A DNA stretch of 64,000 nucleotides, taken from Octopus sinensis (Eukaryota). The notes under the pieces were generated by a model. The model searched no databases. It was not told the DNA's origin and was given only the letters and a program-made list of their open reading frames with translations. The translations under genes were made by a program, and so were the position numbers. The stretch's first letter is position 1. Every line of letters begins with the position of its first letter. Positions 33,791-47,122 of this stretch are shown piece by piece. Where the stretch lies: assembly GCF_006345805.1 (NCBI RefSeq), contig NC_043004.1, forward strand, positions 52,886,001 to 52,950,000, in the 5' to 3' direction.

Positions 33791-34100
33791 GGCGGCAACA
33801 GTAATTCAACAATTCAATAACTACTAGGTTTACCCTTACGGGAAAACTTCAGTAACAACTAACAATGCGAATTACGTCTAGCAGAAATCAAAAAGGATTT
33901 AACAGAAAAGAAAAGCAGTGTCAACTATGCTTCTGACTCAGTTCTTATTTATTGTAATCGGTTTTTCCACCTTCTGTCACGTAATGCTGTTCAGTGTTCT
34001 CCCATAACATACCGAAGCTAGTTAAGCTTCGATGTTCAAGTAAAGATCGGTCAAGCATGAGCTTCGAATAATTCCGTCACCAAAAAATTTAAGATGAGAT

Positions 34101-34586
34101 AATTCATAAGGGAATATCCCAATGGATTGCTAATCCATTGGGATGTTCCCGCATAATTCACTGTTTCTTCAAAACAGACTTCCCCATTTTCTTGGTAATA
34201 TGTAATTGCAATATTCCTCATGTTCGGCTAGTGCCAGTTCATTAATTTTAAATCTCCCGCATTTCCTATTAGCGATTCTAGCGTATGTAATAAAATCTTC
34301 GTCCTCTTTGTTTGCATTATTCAAGCATTGCCAGCTCGTATTAAATAAAGAGTTGGCAGGCACGAATATTACACAAATAAGTGGACTAAGATTTTATTAC
34401 ATACGCAAGAATCATTAATAGGGAATGCTATACATTAAAAATTAATGAAATGGCACCAGCAGGGCATGAGAAATATCGCAATAACATATTAACAAACAAA
34501 CTGGGTGAAGTCTGTTTTGAAGAAACGGTGAATCATCTGGTAGCATCCGAATGGATTGGCAATGCATTGGCATATTCCCGCATGAG
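34101..34586. repeat. ~480-bp imperfect foldback built from Ty3/Gypsy gag-like sequence
   Basis: Arms 34101-34337 and 34350-34586 are diverged reverse complements. Peptides SLFNTSWQCLN..KEDEDFITYA.IANRKC.RFKINEL and EHEEYCNYILPRK/GEVCFEETV resemble Gypsy gag regions. Confidence 0.75.
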
Positions 34587-34792
34587 TGGCAGTAGTTATA
34601 TTTTTAAACGCTTCTACCTATTATATCGTTCTCTTCTGCCGAAACTGTAGGTTAAGGGGAGATCAAATAAACGAGTACAATTGTCACCAATTGTAAAATA
34701 CAAACACAAAGATGCATGCACACAAACCACACACATAAGCACATATATATAAATGAATGTGTGTGTGTATGTGTCCTTCTCTCTGTCTCTTG

Positions 34793-34869
<77 letters not shown>

Positions 34870-34873
34870 ATAT

Positions 34874-34908
<35 letters not shown>

Positions 34909-34912
34909 TATA

Positions 34913-34966
<54 letters not shown>

Positions 34967-35684
34967 ATATACGTATATATATAATATATATTATATATAT
35001 ATATATATTATATATAGCTAAATTCTTTGGCTGCTATTTTAAAAGTTCGGTGTATGGTAAAGCCCTTTTTTTACTGAACTCTAATTATATAAAGTATATA
35101 TATACACACACACACGCATACGCGCGCGTACACACACACACACACACATAAGTATATATTCATGTATAATTGCTTATAAGACTAGCCCACGGTATAAGAC
35201 ATGTCCAAGGTTTTGTTGAAAATGTTTAATATATATGTCTTGATCTTGGCTTCATGGTCATCAGTTGTGCTTTCAATTACTAAACAGAGCAATGCGTTGT
35301 GTCTTCAGCATTGCACTCTATTTTACGATGCAGCTGTTTCCTCAACGGAAACCTGTGTTTTTCTCTGTGTTCATTGGTGTCTTTGTGCCTGTATGTTTGC
35401 TGTAAGAAATATAAATATACAGTCTATAATTCAAAATATAATAATGATATTGAGTATGGTCGACCAAAACAAAAAATTAATAGAATTTGAGAATATGCCA
35501 CCGCATCTATCTTCCTTTCTAAATGACAGGCTTACGGTGATAAATTTAATTAAAATAGAAACAGCAGGACGTGCCTATCATTACATTGGTGCCTTTAATA
35601 ATTAACAACATTTTCATACACCCGCTCATCATACTCACTCGACAGTGATGGCTACAGTTAGTTACATATTATGTGTAATATAAT

Positions 35685-35989
35685 CACGTGATCACGTGAC
35701 CGACCAGACCATCTGATGTTGTTACACATCGCTGGTCACAATGCGTTAGTATTGTTTTAGTCTTCCAATGACGCCACCCCGCTGGCTAAGTGAGCAGGCC
35801 AACAGAAGAAAGTTTGGGAGAAAGAGTGGTGAAAGAGTACAGCAGGGATCACCACCCCCTGCCGGAGCGTCGTGGAGCTTTTAGGTATTTTCGCTCAATA
35901 AACACTCACAACGCCCGGTCTGGGAATCGAAACCGCGATCCTACGACCGCGAGTCCGCTGCACTAACCATTGGGCCATTGCGCCTCCAC
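35685..35989 (-). mobile_element. tRNA-derived SINE family C, full length with TSD
   Basis: Head GGAGGCGCAATGGCCCAATGGTTAG...GGTTTCGATTCCCAGACC. A 12-bp target-site duplication GTGTAATATAAT lies at 35673-35684 and 35990-36001. Confidence 0.9.
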
Positions 35990-37090
35990 GTGTAATATAA
36001 TATTAAATATAAATTTTAGAAATTGCTATCAACTCTGATACTCTTTTCTAAATATATAAACAACTATAATTATGTGGAGATTTCCTCATAGATTCCAGTA
36101 TTTTAATGAGAAATATAAGTTATAGAAGACATACCTATCTAGTATAATTAATGTAATAGAAAGAGGGGAAACAGAAAATTAAAAATGCGTTTGAATATAT
36201 TTATTTCGCTGATATACTCAAGAGGTACCAATTTTGTTTTTGATGATCAACCATAGCAACTACTATTATGATATTCTGAACTATAGAATGAATATTTATA
36301 TTTCTAACTGTTTGTGCATTTACGACTAACACACAGGTACAAAGACATACAGAGAATAATACAGATACACACATACATTTGTCTATTAAATGTTTTAGAT
36401 TTCAGTCTGCTGAGAGCGATTGCCAGCGAAACTTTGAAATCATTATAAATATTGCATTGCATTTAGACTAAGTCCTGAATTCATTTCATCTTCAATAGTT
36501 CTTCAATTTTATGTACGAAACCTCCCATTTATACATACATGTACATATACTAATGTAGTATATATGTATATATAATTATACTTATATACTTATACTCACG
36601 TATATACTTATAATATATACATTTATAAATATTTATTGTTACAATCATTTTTGCACGTAATATGTGTGTATGGGTGTGTGTGTTTACATTTGTTGTTCAA
36701 TCGAGTATCGTTCCACCACTATGTCTCAAATGTAGCAGATCATCAAGCAGAGTCTACGAAATAAATGCCAGATTGAAATACGAATAAAGGTCAGTGTGAT
36801 CAATTAAATTTTTGGCGGCGATACCTCATCATTGCAAGACTAAACCCAGTAAACTAATGTTTAAAGACTTAATGACTTCAAATTTAAGTTAATGGATTAC
36901 AAACCACAAGGTAATGTGTTCAAAACTTCGTATTGAACTTCTACTCTATACGATAACTGTACATGTATATCTCAGTCCATTTAACTTCCAACAATTAACA
37001 ATTGCACTTTGAATTTGAATGTTCAGTAGTAAGAAAGGTGTCCGGATTTCTTTAAAATTTATTGTGCAAAATATTGAGAAAAAGTATTTT

Positions 37091-37206
37091 TTCACTGCAA
37101 CAAAACAGCCGCACACACACACATACACACAGGCACACACACACACATACACACAGGCACACACACACACATACACACAGGCACACACACACACATACAC
37201 ACAGGC

Positions 37207-37240
<34 letters not shown>
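37091..37240. repeat. CA-derived minisatellite (~24-bp unit, about 4 copies)
   Basis: GCACACACACACACATACACACAG repeated, then (CA)n. Confidence 0.85.
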
Positions 37241-37243
<3 letters not shown>

Positions 37244-37735
37244 GCCACACAGATGTTCTGTGGTAACTTGAACTACTACAAATAGCAGCCAAATCTCTCT
37301 TAAAAGACACCCCTTCATTAAAAAAGACTCAGATTTACAGTATTTCAGGAAGAAGAAAAAAAAATATGCGATGGGTCTGCTACATCAGAAGCAACTCTTA
37401 GCTAAACAAAATACAGACAAACATACTTCACATTAAAAGTTTATTTACTAACAAATTCTAATAAAGTTGAGGGTATATCGTCGAAGTTTCATTGTAGAGC
37501 CTTCCCTTAGCTAAGGGCCACAAACTTGAACGACCCGACCTCATTTTCGAGGTTATTTTTTGTAGTAAAAAAGAATTATTGGGCGCAAAAGACACACTTT
37601 AATTGGTAGCCAAAAGATTACTGAATCTTTTGATAGCTTTTACGTCAAAATCAGCAACTCAGCGTTCGAAACTATATGGAACATACGCGCGCACACACAC
37701 TCACACAAACTCTTTCAATGTAAGATATAATATGA

Positions 37736-37838
<103 letters not shown>

Positions 37839-37858
37839 AAGTGAGAGAGATTTATATA

Positions 37859-38150
37859 GGCGGGGGGCGTGGCTGTGTCTCAAAACTCTGCTTTCCAACG
37901 ACATGGTTCAGTGTTCAATCCCACTACCTAACCTTCTTGCGAAAATGTCTTCTACTATAGCATTTGGTTGATCAAATTCTTGGCAGTCGGTGGAATTCGT
38001 AGCCTGAAACTCCTCCTAGAATCTCGAGCCGGTCTGTATCATATAAGGCTATGGATATAGTAATCGGACATACAATGTGTCATCAGCCAGCACGGCCGCA
38101 GTCTAATGATTGAAACAAGTAAAAATTCAAAGATAAAAGATAACAAGATA
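37859..38150 (+). mobile_element. SINE family A, old diverged copy
   Basis: GGCGTGGCTGTGT head, GTGTTCAATCCCACT, ATGTCTTCTACTATAGC, and tail GGCCGCAGTCTAATGATTGAAACAAGTAAAA. Confidence 0.7.
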
Positions 38151-40553
38151 TAAATTTAGTGTAAAATTTATCAAACTGCATTGAACTGATGTTTATCAGT
38201 TGCGCATCTAATTTTGTTTAATAGTTCTTTAGGATTTGCATATTTCACTTATTTACATTGAAAGCAAATGTAAAATAAAACAGGTTCAAATCACTTGTAT
38301 TTATCTTAATAAGTCAATATTATTGCATTTTTCTCCCCAAAGAATTCCAATGGATTTTTCAAACGTTTTTGTTACCAACGCTATTGCAAATGTTTTAAAA
38401 TATATTCACCTCTATTAAATCAACTATTTAATTCCATGCTATTTTATTCCTCTACAATAGTTACGAATACTGATGAATTATCCAAATTGCAACACTTAAA
38501 CAACAAAGGTTAAATATTTTTCTTTGTTATTCAATGTATCCCCATTGTCAGGTACTTAATCTAACCAAATTTGAAATAACGATGAAGTGGTTTTTTTTCT
38601 AATTATCGCCAGATGTTACTCCCACCTGATTTCTTGTTAAAAAGAGATGATAAACTACACAAACAAATATATGTACACAGAATTTTGTATAAAATGCAGG
38701 CGCACAGACACATGCGCGAGCACATATACTCACATTTACTTATGTATACATATGTATATGTATATATATATATATATAAAGGAAAAAGATACGACGAATA
38801 TATATATATGTGCATGTATGCGTATATGTATATATATATACATATATACAAATTGAGATAGGGGTTGTAAATGCAACACTCCATGGGATAACATATATCC
38901 AATAAACTGCTAGTGAAGTACCCAACAAAGTTAATACATAAATGTTAAGGATTGCGATGCAATCAATTCATTTACTGTGTTATATGGGCAAAGGTAAAAT
39001 GATTTACCACAAATTACTAATACAAGATAAGAAAATGGAGAAATACATCTAAATCAAATATCAATTACCAGATAATACTCAATCACATACTTTATTAAAC
39101 CACGACATAAGAGACTGTAGGTTTAAACATAAAAAAGCAGAATAAAAAAGTGTACATAAAAGAGTAATGTTGTATAATAAGTAGAATATTTATAAAAAAG
39201 AGAATATAAATATAAATAAATGTATGTACATAAGAATTAGAAGCCGAAAATTCTAAAGCTGCAAATCATGAACATGATTATCTGGATGTCGAAATAATTA
39301 AAGAATTGAAGTGAATAGTGCATCCCATGGCCTAACATTCTACAAAAGTAAGACGAGAAGAATCCATTGATATTTGAAAAAGAAAAAGATTATCTTGGCC
39401 GTTTTACGCATCCTACAACCATACGCTAAAATCAAAAATATCGTGTTAAGATTGAATAATATATGCCGCAGCAAAAGGAGTTACACAGGAAGCATTAATG
39501 AACTTTATAAACTACTCATATATGATTGTCAATGAAAGTAAATGCCGCCGAAAACCAACATAAATTTATAAGATTCTCTCACCTGAATGAAATTAATGAT
39601 AAAGACGGAACAGGAAAAATAATGAGAAACATATATTACTGATACCAAAGGAACTATTTGAAGGAAAACCGAAAACCAGAAATCATTGGGAAACTGCAAA
39701 TATTTTTCTCCCTTTTTGTTTTGCTTTCTTTTGTTTTTTTTTCTAATGCGACATATTTAAATCTGAATAATTATACTCAAACCTAAAGTGATTTAATCTA
39801 TAACTAATTAAAAAAAACACAAAGAAATATCAAAAAGTTTAATGCAACACCAGCAGCAAAAGGAGTAGAATTCTAAGGAATGATATGAACAGTAAACGAA
39901 TTGCCATAACATGATTGTTCAAAGCAAGAAAGCTCCTTCTGAACAATCGTGTGAATTTCCATTTGCAGTGTAAATACAAACTTTGAAAGCAGCGTTATAT
40001 GATAATATGGATTCAGCGACTTAGATATGGAATGAACATTAATACATCACTATTTCACCTTCTGAACTTTTTAACCATCGCTTCCGTATTGATTGCTTTC
40101 TGTAAAGAATTCAGCCACCAGATGAGATCCATACAATCGGGTCTTTAGAGTTTTTTTTTTTTTTTAATTTTCTATAATGTAACTCTTTATAATTTTGGTT
40201 CAAGATTAGCGATGTTTCCTTGTAACGCCCAGTCGATTACATTGACTGCAATGCTGAACTGGTACATACTTTATCGACACGAAAACGATAAAAGCAAGCC
40301 TGTCTCGGATAAAATGCCACAAAACATTTTCTCCGATGTGATTTCTGTATAAAATTATGCTGAAGCATTTATTTGATGCTTTCTATGAACGTGATTCTCG
40401 ATTTTTCGTCAACAATGAGCTAACGTCCGGGGCACGACGCACAGGTGTGCATCAGTTTCCATTTGGTTATTTCAACTCCTATATCAGACTACTTATTAGT
40501 TTATCCGCACCGGGAGGATGAAATGCAAACTTGACAATTTCATGATTATATAA

Positions 40554-40962
40554 GGCGCAGGAGTGGCTGTGTGGTATGTAGCTTGCTTACCAACCACATG
40601 GTTCCGGGTTCAGTCCCACTGCGTGGCACCTTGGGCAAGTGTCTTCTGCTATAGCCTCGGGCCGACCAATGCCTTGTGAGTGGATTTGGTAGACGGAAAC
40701 TGAAAGAAGCCCGTCGTATATATGTATATATATATATATGTGCGTGTGTGTTTGTGTGTCTGTGTTTGTCCCCCTAGCATTGCTTGACAACCGATGCTGG
40801 TGTGTTTATTTCCTCGTCACTTAGCGGTTCGACAAAAAGAGACCGATAAAATAAGTACTGGGCTTTCAAAGAATAAGTCCGGGATCGAGTTGCTCGACTA
40901 AAGGTGGTGCTCCAGCATGGCCGCAGTCAAAAGACTGAAACAAGTAAAAGAGTTAAAGAGTA
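40554..40962 (+). mobile_element. SINE family A, full length
   Basis: Same head, CORE-like segment, internal microsatellite and tail as the 16021 copy. Confidence 0.92.
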
Positions 40963-41408
40963 TAAATGACCGTAAGTTATGAAATTCAGTTGGTCAGAGG
41001 AACTCACATCTAATCTTCAAAACCAGCTTCTATCTAATGAATTAAAACCAAACGCAAGTTTGACACTAGGTCTTTTAGTCTGGTGAATTAATTAGTTATT
41101 CTCTGGTTGCATTTCAACAACAACAAATTTCAGCATGTGCACATTTCATGAAGCTTTATTTTGCAAATCAAAAAGAATGAAATCACAATGGGGGGCTATT
41201 GAGTCGTTTCTCGCAACTGCACATGATACATTTTTAATATTTTACGTTTATTATGGTTTCAGTTATAGAACTAAGTCAATGACGGCGTGAGGTTTTCATG
41301 GATTTTTGTCGATTTCGTCAACTCCAGTAATTATTTCTGTCTGGGTCTATTCTATTGAACTTCGTTAATGGAACGGTTGAATTAAATACACATAGACATA
41401 AATGTATG

Positions 41409-41485
<77 letters not shown>

Positions 41486-41825
41486 ACATATGCTTTTTCA
41501 TATATATATATTCTGTAAACGTAGGTATACGACGAACTGACACTGTTTTATATTGCAAAACATAAAAGCACAAAATCACATTAATGGAATACACGAGAAT
41601 ATATATAATTATATGCGTGTTTATATATATATATATCATAACATAACAGTTTGATTTAACTCCACACAGAGCTGTGCCAAGCTTCAGAAGTTAGACATCT
41701 AGAAAACTAAATATACAGGTATGCATTCATACATCAATATACGTACATATATCTATGTAATTATGTATAAGCATACATAAGTATATATACATTATGCCTA
41801 CATATATATACCATGTATGTATTTC

Positions 41826-42690
41826 ATTATTCAGTTTTATTTCAAGATTTCTTGCCAATAGAGAAATAACCGGTTTCTAATCTATATCCAAGAGGCCTTC
41901 ATTAGAATTTCGGCAATATCAACAGGGAATTTTGTATGTATACGAGCAGATTTTTATGTTTTGTTTTATGTTTGTCTTCTCATGAATACACTTGCATATA
42001 TAAAATGCGCATATATACTTAAACGTCTGGACGCTTTACAAATTTTTGCAGTTCCATTGATAGCTTCGATCTGTAATCTTCGAAAAACACCATTCTCTTT
42101 TCTGGTTTTGAGAAGCGTAAAATAACAAGGTTTGTATTTAGGCAGTGTGTTACCTATTCTACTGCGCCAATAATTACAGGTTTAAACCTGAACTTGTGAT
42201 CTGGATAGAGTAACTACAGATTTCTCAATAGTTCAGCGTAGGTATTCTCTTTTTCACTGTTCTTCAACTTTATGTTAACATCTGCTGAGCAGGTGATTTC
42301 CACAACTATACACAGTTTTTCTTCCCTATCCCATAACATTATATGAGCTCTATTGTGGTTACATTGTATTGAAGCTTCCACAGGGACATTCCATAGGTAC
42401 TCCATTATATTATGAGAGGATATGGCTTCTACCACATTGTAGGTTCTTATGTCTTTGTCTCCGGTGTTATCCTTCCAACAGTGTCCCAAATACAACCCTA
42501 TAACTCATCGGTACATAGTACTGTGATGAATTTTTCGGGCAACCGCTTATGATGTGGCTGATAACTTCGGTATTAAAGTCTGCATCAGCTGTCACATTAT
42601 ATATGTCTCTTCTAGTTTGTAATTATTATAAATTTTCCACTGAGGAGGGAGCTGGTTTCCAACAAAGATACAAGGCTCCAGCTTTGGGAT
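41826..42690 (-). mobile_element. RLE LINE 3' fragment (CCHC knuckle, RLE, 3' UTR)
   Basis: CRL..EVISHIISGCPK.SSQYYVP and WNVPVEASIQCNHNRAHIMLWDREEKLCIVVEITCSADVNIKLKNSEKENTYAELLRNL. Homologous to 23777-24517. Confidence 0.8.
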
Positions 42691-42705
42691 GTTGTTAACA
42701 CAGAC

Positions 42706-43600
42706 TAATTCACATCTGGAACTTAAGGAAAGTCTTGCGCATTTTTACTGTTCCACTCCCATATTGCATTTGTAATGTACAAATTTGCCGATCGATTTCT
42801 CTTTCTGATAATCCCAGTTTATCCAGATTCTCCTGTAAGCATTTACCTATAAAACTTAGTACTCCAATTATTATTGGTATGAATATGAATTTATAGTCTG
42901 GATACAGAAGCTGGAGGTTTCGAAGCAGTTGTCTAGACATATCCTATTTTTCTTTGATTTTCAAAGAGATATTTATATCTGCATGGCAGCTGATCTTTAT
43001 GATGGTACATACCTTAGCCGCTCTGTCCCAAACAACAATATCCAGCCTGTTATTTGACGACATTTTAGGACAGCTGCTTATCATATGTGTGATGTCTTCC
43101 ACAGAAACATGACATTGCCTAGACATGCGGTTGCACCTTGGGTTACAAGAGCGTCACTGTCTCACTTCTTCATCAGGTACTTTGTGGCAATCACCTTTTA
43201 TTGGATTCCAAACGCATAGCCCTCAAAGTGTGTTGTGATGTAGTGGTCTTGTGTCAAAGAGAGACTGCGCTTCGTCTCAATTCTACCACGTTCTTTAAGC
43301 TTCCAGGCAACATACTCATGCATAGTCTTTTTTGTTTGTTGAGTGATTTTCATCCAGTGCTTCTCTGAGGTAAGAAAGGCCAGCTGTTTTGGGGCTGTAT
43401 AGATCCTCAAGAAGAACTCTCTTCTTGAGGAGTTCACTGTCAACTCGTACAATGTTTCTGACTTCACTTTTCAGCACTGCATTTATATATTTATTTTTAC
43501 TGCTGTCGTTTTGTAGGTACTGCCTGAATGATAGCATTAGGCATTCTTAGGTCGTCTGTTTCTGTGGAAGTTCCCAACCACAACTTGAGGATCCTCATTT
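42706..43600 (-). mobile_element. Second RLE LINE fragment with internal deletion
   Basis: FEGYAFGIQ..., CHVSVEDITHMISSCPKMS fused to NNRLDIVVWDRAAKVCTIIKISCHADINISLKIKEK, then LLRNLQLLYPDYKFIFIPIIIG...GTVKMRKTFLKF*. Confidence 0.8.
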
Positions 43601-44036
43601 GAATTCCCAACATTAGCAGGGCAGTTTTGCGTGCAAACCAATATATGTTTTACGTATTTGTTGTCAGTAATTGTTGTCGGTTTGTGTGTTTTGTTTTATG
43701 TAGAATACGCAGATGTGTTGATGATTGTTTGCATCTGTACTTTTCTAATTAGCCTCTCATTTCTGGTCTAATGAACTGTATGTTCTAGATACTGCTTCTA
43801 TGATATTTCGTTACATTACAAGCTGCTTCAATAATTACAGATATTAGTCTAAACTTACATTCATATGTCAATATAGACGACAAGAAAATTCGTAAACTAT
43901 TCACCTTAAAATTTTTGCTTGCCACTGAAACAGATAAAAATTTATGAAAATCGAAAATAATTATTCTTTGTGGGACTAAAACAAAACATTCAACACACAC
44001 ACAAACATAGAGATTCATGCACATATTTATGTATAT

Positions 44037-44080
<44 letters not shown>

Positions 44081-44660
44081 TAGATAGATATAGATATAGA
44101 TATATACACGTATGTGTATATATTTGTGTGTGTGTATGTGTGTGAGTGTGTGTGAATTATAAATGTGTGTGCACAGAGATAGTTTTTTTTATCTCACAAA
44201 TAGATACACACGTATGCACAAGCACACACAGAGAATAATCTTTTTGTATGAATATTCCCTTCACTTAATATAGTGTACGAGTTAGCAATTCAGTTCAATT
44301 GACGAACTTTCAAAACAAACTGTCACTTCTCCGCAGGGCATATAATACATTCCGTAGATATTTTTGTACACTACAACACAATTTTTAGACATGAATTGAT
44401 ATCGACAACAGCGATATAAACATTACACCAACACCATCACCAACAACATCATTAATAATAACAACCAGTAACACCGTTAGCTTTAAAACAATAGCAAAAA
44501 TATGCAAAACAAAGTTTTTTCTTCTTGTAGAAAAGAATACCCTACGTGGTCCAGCTGAAATAAACAAATTGTAATAAATGAAAAGAATTAGCTATTATGT
44601 TACTTAAAGTATTGTCTCTCTAAGAAAACAAACCATATCAAATTCAAACTGTACTTCATG

Positions 44661-44998
44661 GCATTATGTCCATACGTCATAAGTGGAGAGTGTAACCTCT
44701 CGAAATAGCTGTTCTTCACTCCTGCTCCAGAGCGTCGGCTGCGGGGTCATTCCGAAAAGCTGTATCTGCGACGATTTCATTTCAATCGAAGGAGAGGGGC
44801 TTTCTCCGTCCGGGTTGCGGATCCGTGGAATAAGCTGCCGGACTAGATGGTGAGGATGCCGACGACCGCTCGGTTCAAAGTCTCCCTTGACCACAAGTGG
44901 CCTGAACCCTTTACATGATCACAACCCTGTACATAACTCCATGTCCCCCTACATGGCCTTGCTTTTTGCTTTTTGAGCCAAAAAATTAACTAACTAAC
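44661..44998 (+). mobile_element. CR1-clade LINE 3' end
   Basis: LRGHSEKLYLRRFHFNRRRGAFSVRVADPWNKLPD*MV..TARFKVSLDHKW matches the CR1 ORF2 C-terminus (RGH..KL...FS.RV...WN.LP...FK..LD). Ends in a (TAAC)n tail. Confidence 0.85.
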
Positions 44999-45349
44999 GT
45001 TTAACATGTCTCTTAGTGGCTGACGATATGTGCATCTCCGATCACGAGTATAAGTAGTGGAGGAGTATCGAAGCCATGTGTTGAAAGAAATTCTAAGAGT
45101 TTAGATCGACATCCTTAAACAACTTTTCTTCAGGGACATTTTGAACGTGATAGGTTACTCGACCTAAAGAAAATTCTAACTAGACCCAACCTGCAAAAAT
45201 CATGCGCTGCTAATCTTGATATGAGATCACCATGACGTGCACATATGGTTGAGATGCGTGTACCTGGCGTAGCCTTGTCAGACAGGTAGTCATGATGGGT
45301 ATACTGAGCTTCGTATATTTTAGCCCAGTGTCACTTTGATGGCATGCAC

Positions 45350-45870
45350 TGCAGACTCTGTGGAAACAGTGTGGAGAATGTGACCTACTTGGTAAGTGGA
45401 TATGAGAACCTTGCACAAAAAGATTACAAGCGCCGCCACGATAAATTGTGTGTATCTTCATTGGCTCTTATGCCCTAAATACAAATATGAGGTAACAGAG
45501 AACTAGTATGAGCTTGTACCAAGTAAAGTTATACAGGATGATGGAAAAGTAACTATGATTTGGGGCAATGACTTTCAGAGGGATTGTGTAATCGTACACC
45601 GTCGGTTGGATATTGTCATATTGAGTAAGAGAGACAAATACTGTCAGATCATTGATGTAGCCATACAAAATGACATGAAGTTTGTAAGTAAAGTGATCGA
45701 AAAAAGCACCAAGTACTCAGAATTGAAGGTGGAAATGGCATGACTGTATGGAATGTGAGAGGGTAATGTAAAAGTGATACCAGTGGTGATCGGAGCGTTG
45801 GGCCCAATCCCAATGAAACTCCAAATCTTCTAAAGGCAACTAGAAATCCCATGCAAGATTGTTGTCTTAC
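45350..45870 (+). mobile_element. R4/Dong-like RLE LINE fragment A (CCHC plus RLE)
   Basis: CRLCGNSVENVTYLVSG.ENLAQKDYKRRHD...RRLDIVI..CQIIDVA..EKSTKYSELKVE..KVIPVVIGALG, with stops and frameshifts. Confidence 0.85.
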
Positions 45871-47122
45871 TGATCTTTGTACTGTACTTGATGCCACTAA
45901 AACTGATTCTAAGGAAACCAAAAGCTGGGTATGTATTCAAAAGCTGCCCCAAAAAGTCAACCATTTGTTATTCATAGATGACCTCAAACTTTACGGTAAA
46001 GATGAAGCACAAGTCAGTTCCCTCGTTGATACGCTGTATACTTTCTGTGCTGATATCAGAATGGTGTTCAAACTGAGAAATTGTGGTGTGTTAGTCTTGA
46101 AGAGAGGAAAAATCAAAAGTATGGACGGGTTAACGATACCGTCGGGTGAGGTTATGAAACAGATAGAAGTGACGGGCTATAAGTACTTGGGGATTTTGGA
46201 AATGGATAAATTGATGGAGAATGAAATGACAGAAAAATTTAAGGTGCAGTACTTCCGCAGGCTGAGACTGATCCTTAAGTCGAAATTAAACGGACGGAAT
46301 AAGATTGAAGCTATCAACACCTAGGCGGTTTCACTTTTTAGATATTGAGCATGGGTAATCGCATAGAGAGTTGACGAACTAAACAGCTTAGAAAGACAAG
46401 GAAGTTGCTAACTAGATATGGGACATACCACCCAATGTACCAAGAAAAAGGAGGGGAAGAGGACTTATTGGATGCAAACACAGCATTAGAGCAGAAGAAA
46501 CCAACATAGCATGGTATGTAAGAGATGCCACAGGACCGCTATTACTGTATGTAAGAAGGTTAGACTCGCGTATGATGAAAGATTGCAAAGATATAGCACT
46601 GTACAAGCAATTGAAAACGAATGAAATTGAAAATAGATGGGTAAAGAAGAGAATGCATGGACAATTTCAGACGGAGGTTGAAGATAGGACAGAGAAAAAA
46701 GATGGTTGAGGATTACTAAAAGGGATTTACAATTGGAAACGGAGGCTCTAATCTTTGCTACCCAAGAGCCAGCACTAAGAACAAACTACATAAAATACAG
46801 AATAGATGGCACATCAGAAAGTGAGAAGTGCAGAATCTGTGGACAAAGCGGTAAAACTGCGCGTTACCAGCCAATGGACGCCACTAGCCCAGAAGGAATA
46901 TAAAAGAGGTCACGACAATATAGCCAGGCTTTTCCATTGAACACTTTGCAACAAGCATGGACTTGCCGGAAAAAATTGGTCCGACCACAAACCTGAAGAC
47001 ATTATCGAAAATAGAAATACAAAGATCCTATGGGATGTTATGATTCAGTGCGACCATGAGATTGAGAATAGACAGCCATATAAAGTCTTATTTGAGAAAG
47101 AAAACAAACCATGCTAGATCAT
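45868..47122 (+). mobile_element. R4/Dong-like RLE LINE fragment B (RT domains, thumb, CCHC, start of RLE)
   Basis: FVLYLMPL..ILRK..GY / VNHLLFIDDLKLYGK...YKYLGILE..KSKLNGRNKIEAINT; ETEALIFATQEPALRTNYIKYRID...CRICG; KILWD..IQCDHEIENR. Confidence 0.9.

Noticed and set aside
35940-35989. tRNA-like sequences at SINE heads
   Set aside because: A and B boxes are present but there is no complete cloverleaf or acceptor stem; they run into SINE bodies, so they are not tRNA genes.
45005-45349. Segment that looks like a common octopus interspersed repeat
   Set aside because: Only one copy in the window and no diagnostic motif; the resemblance is from memory only.
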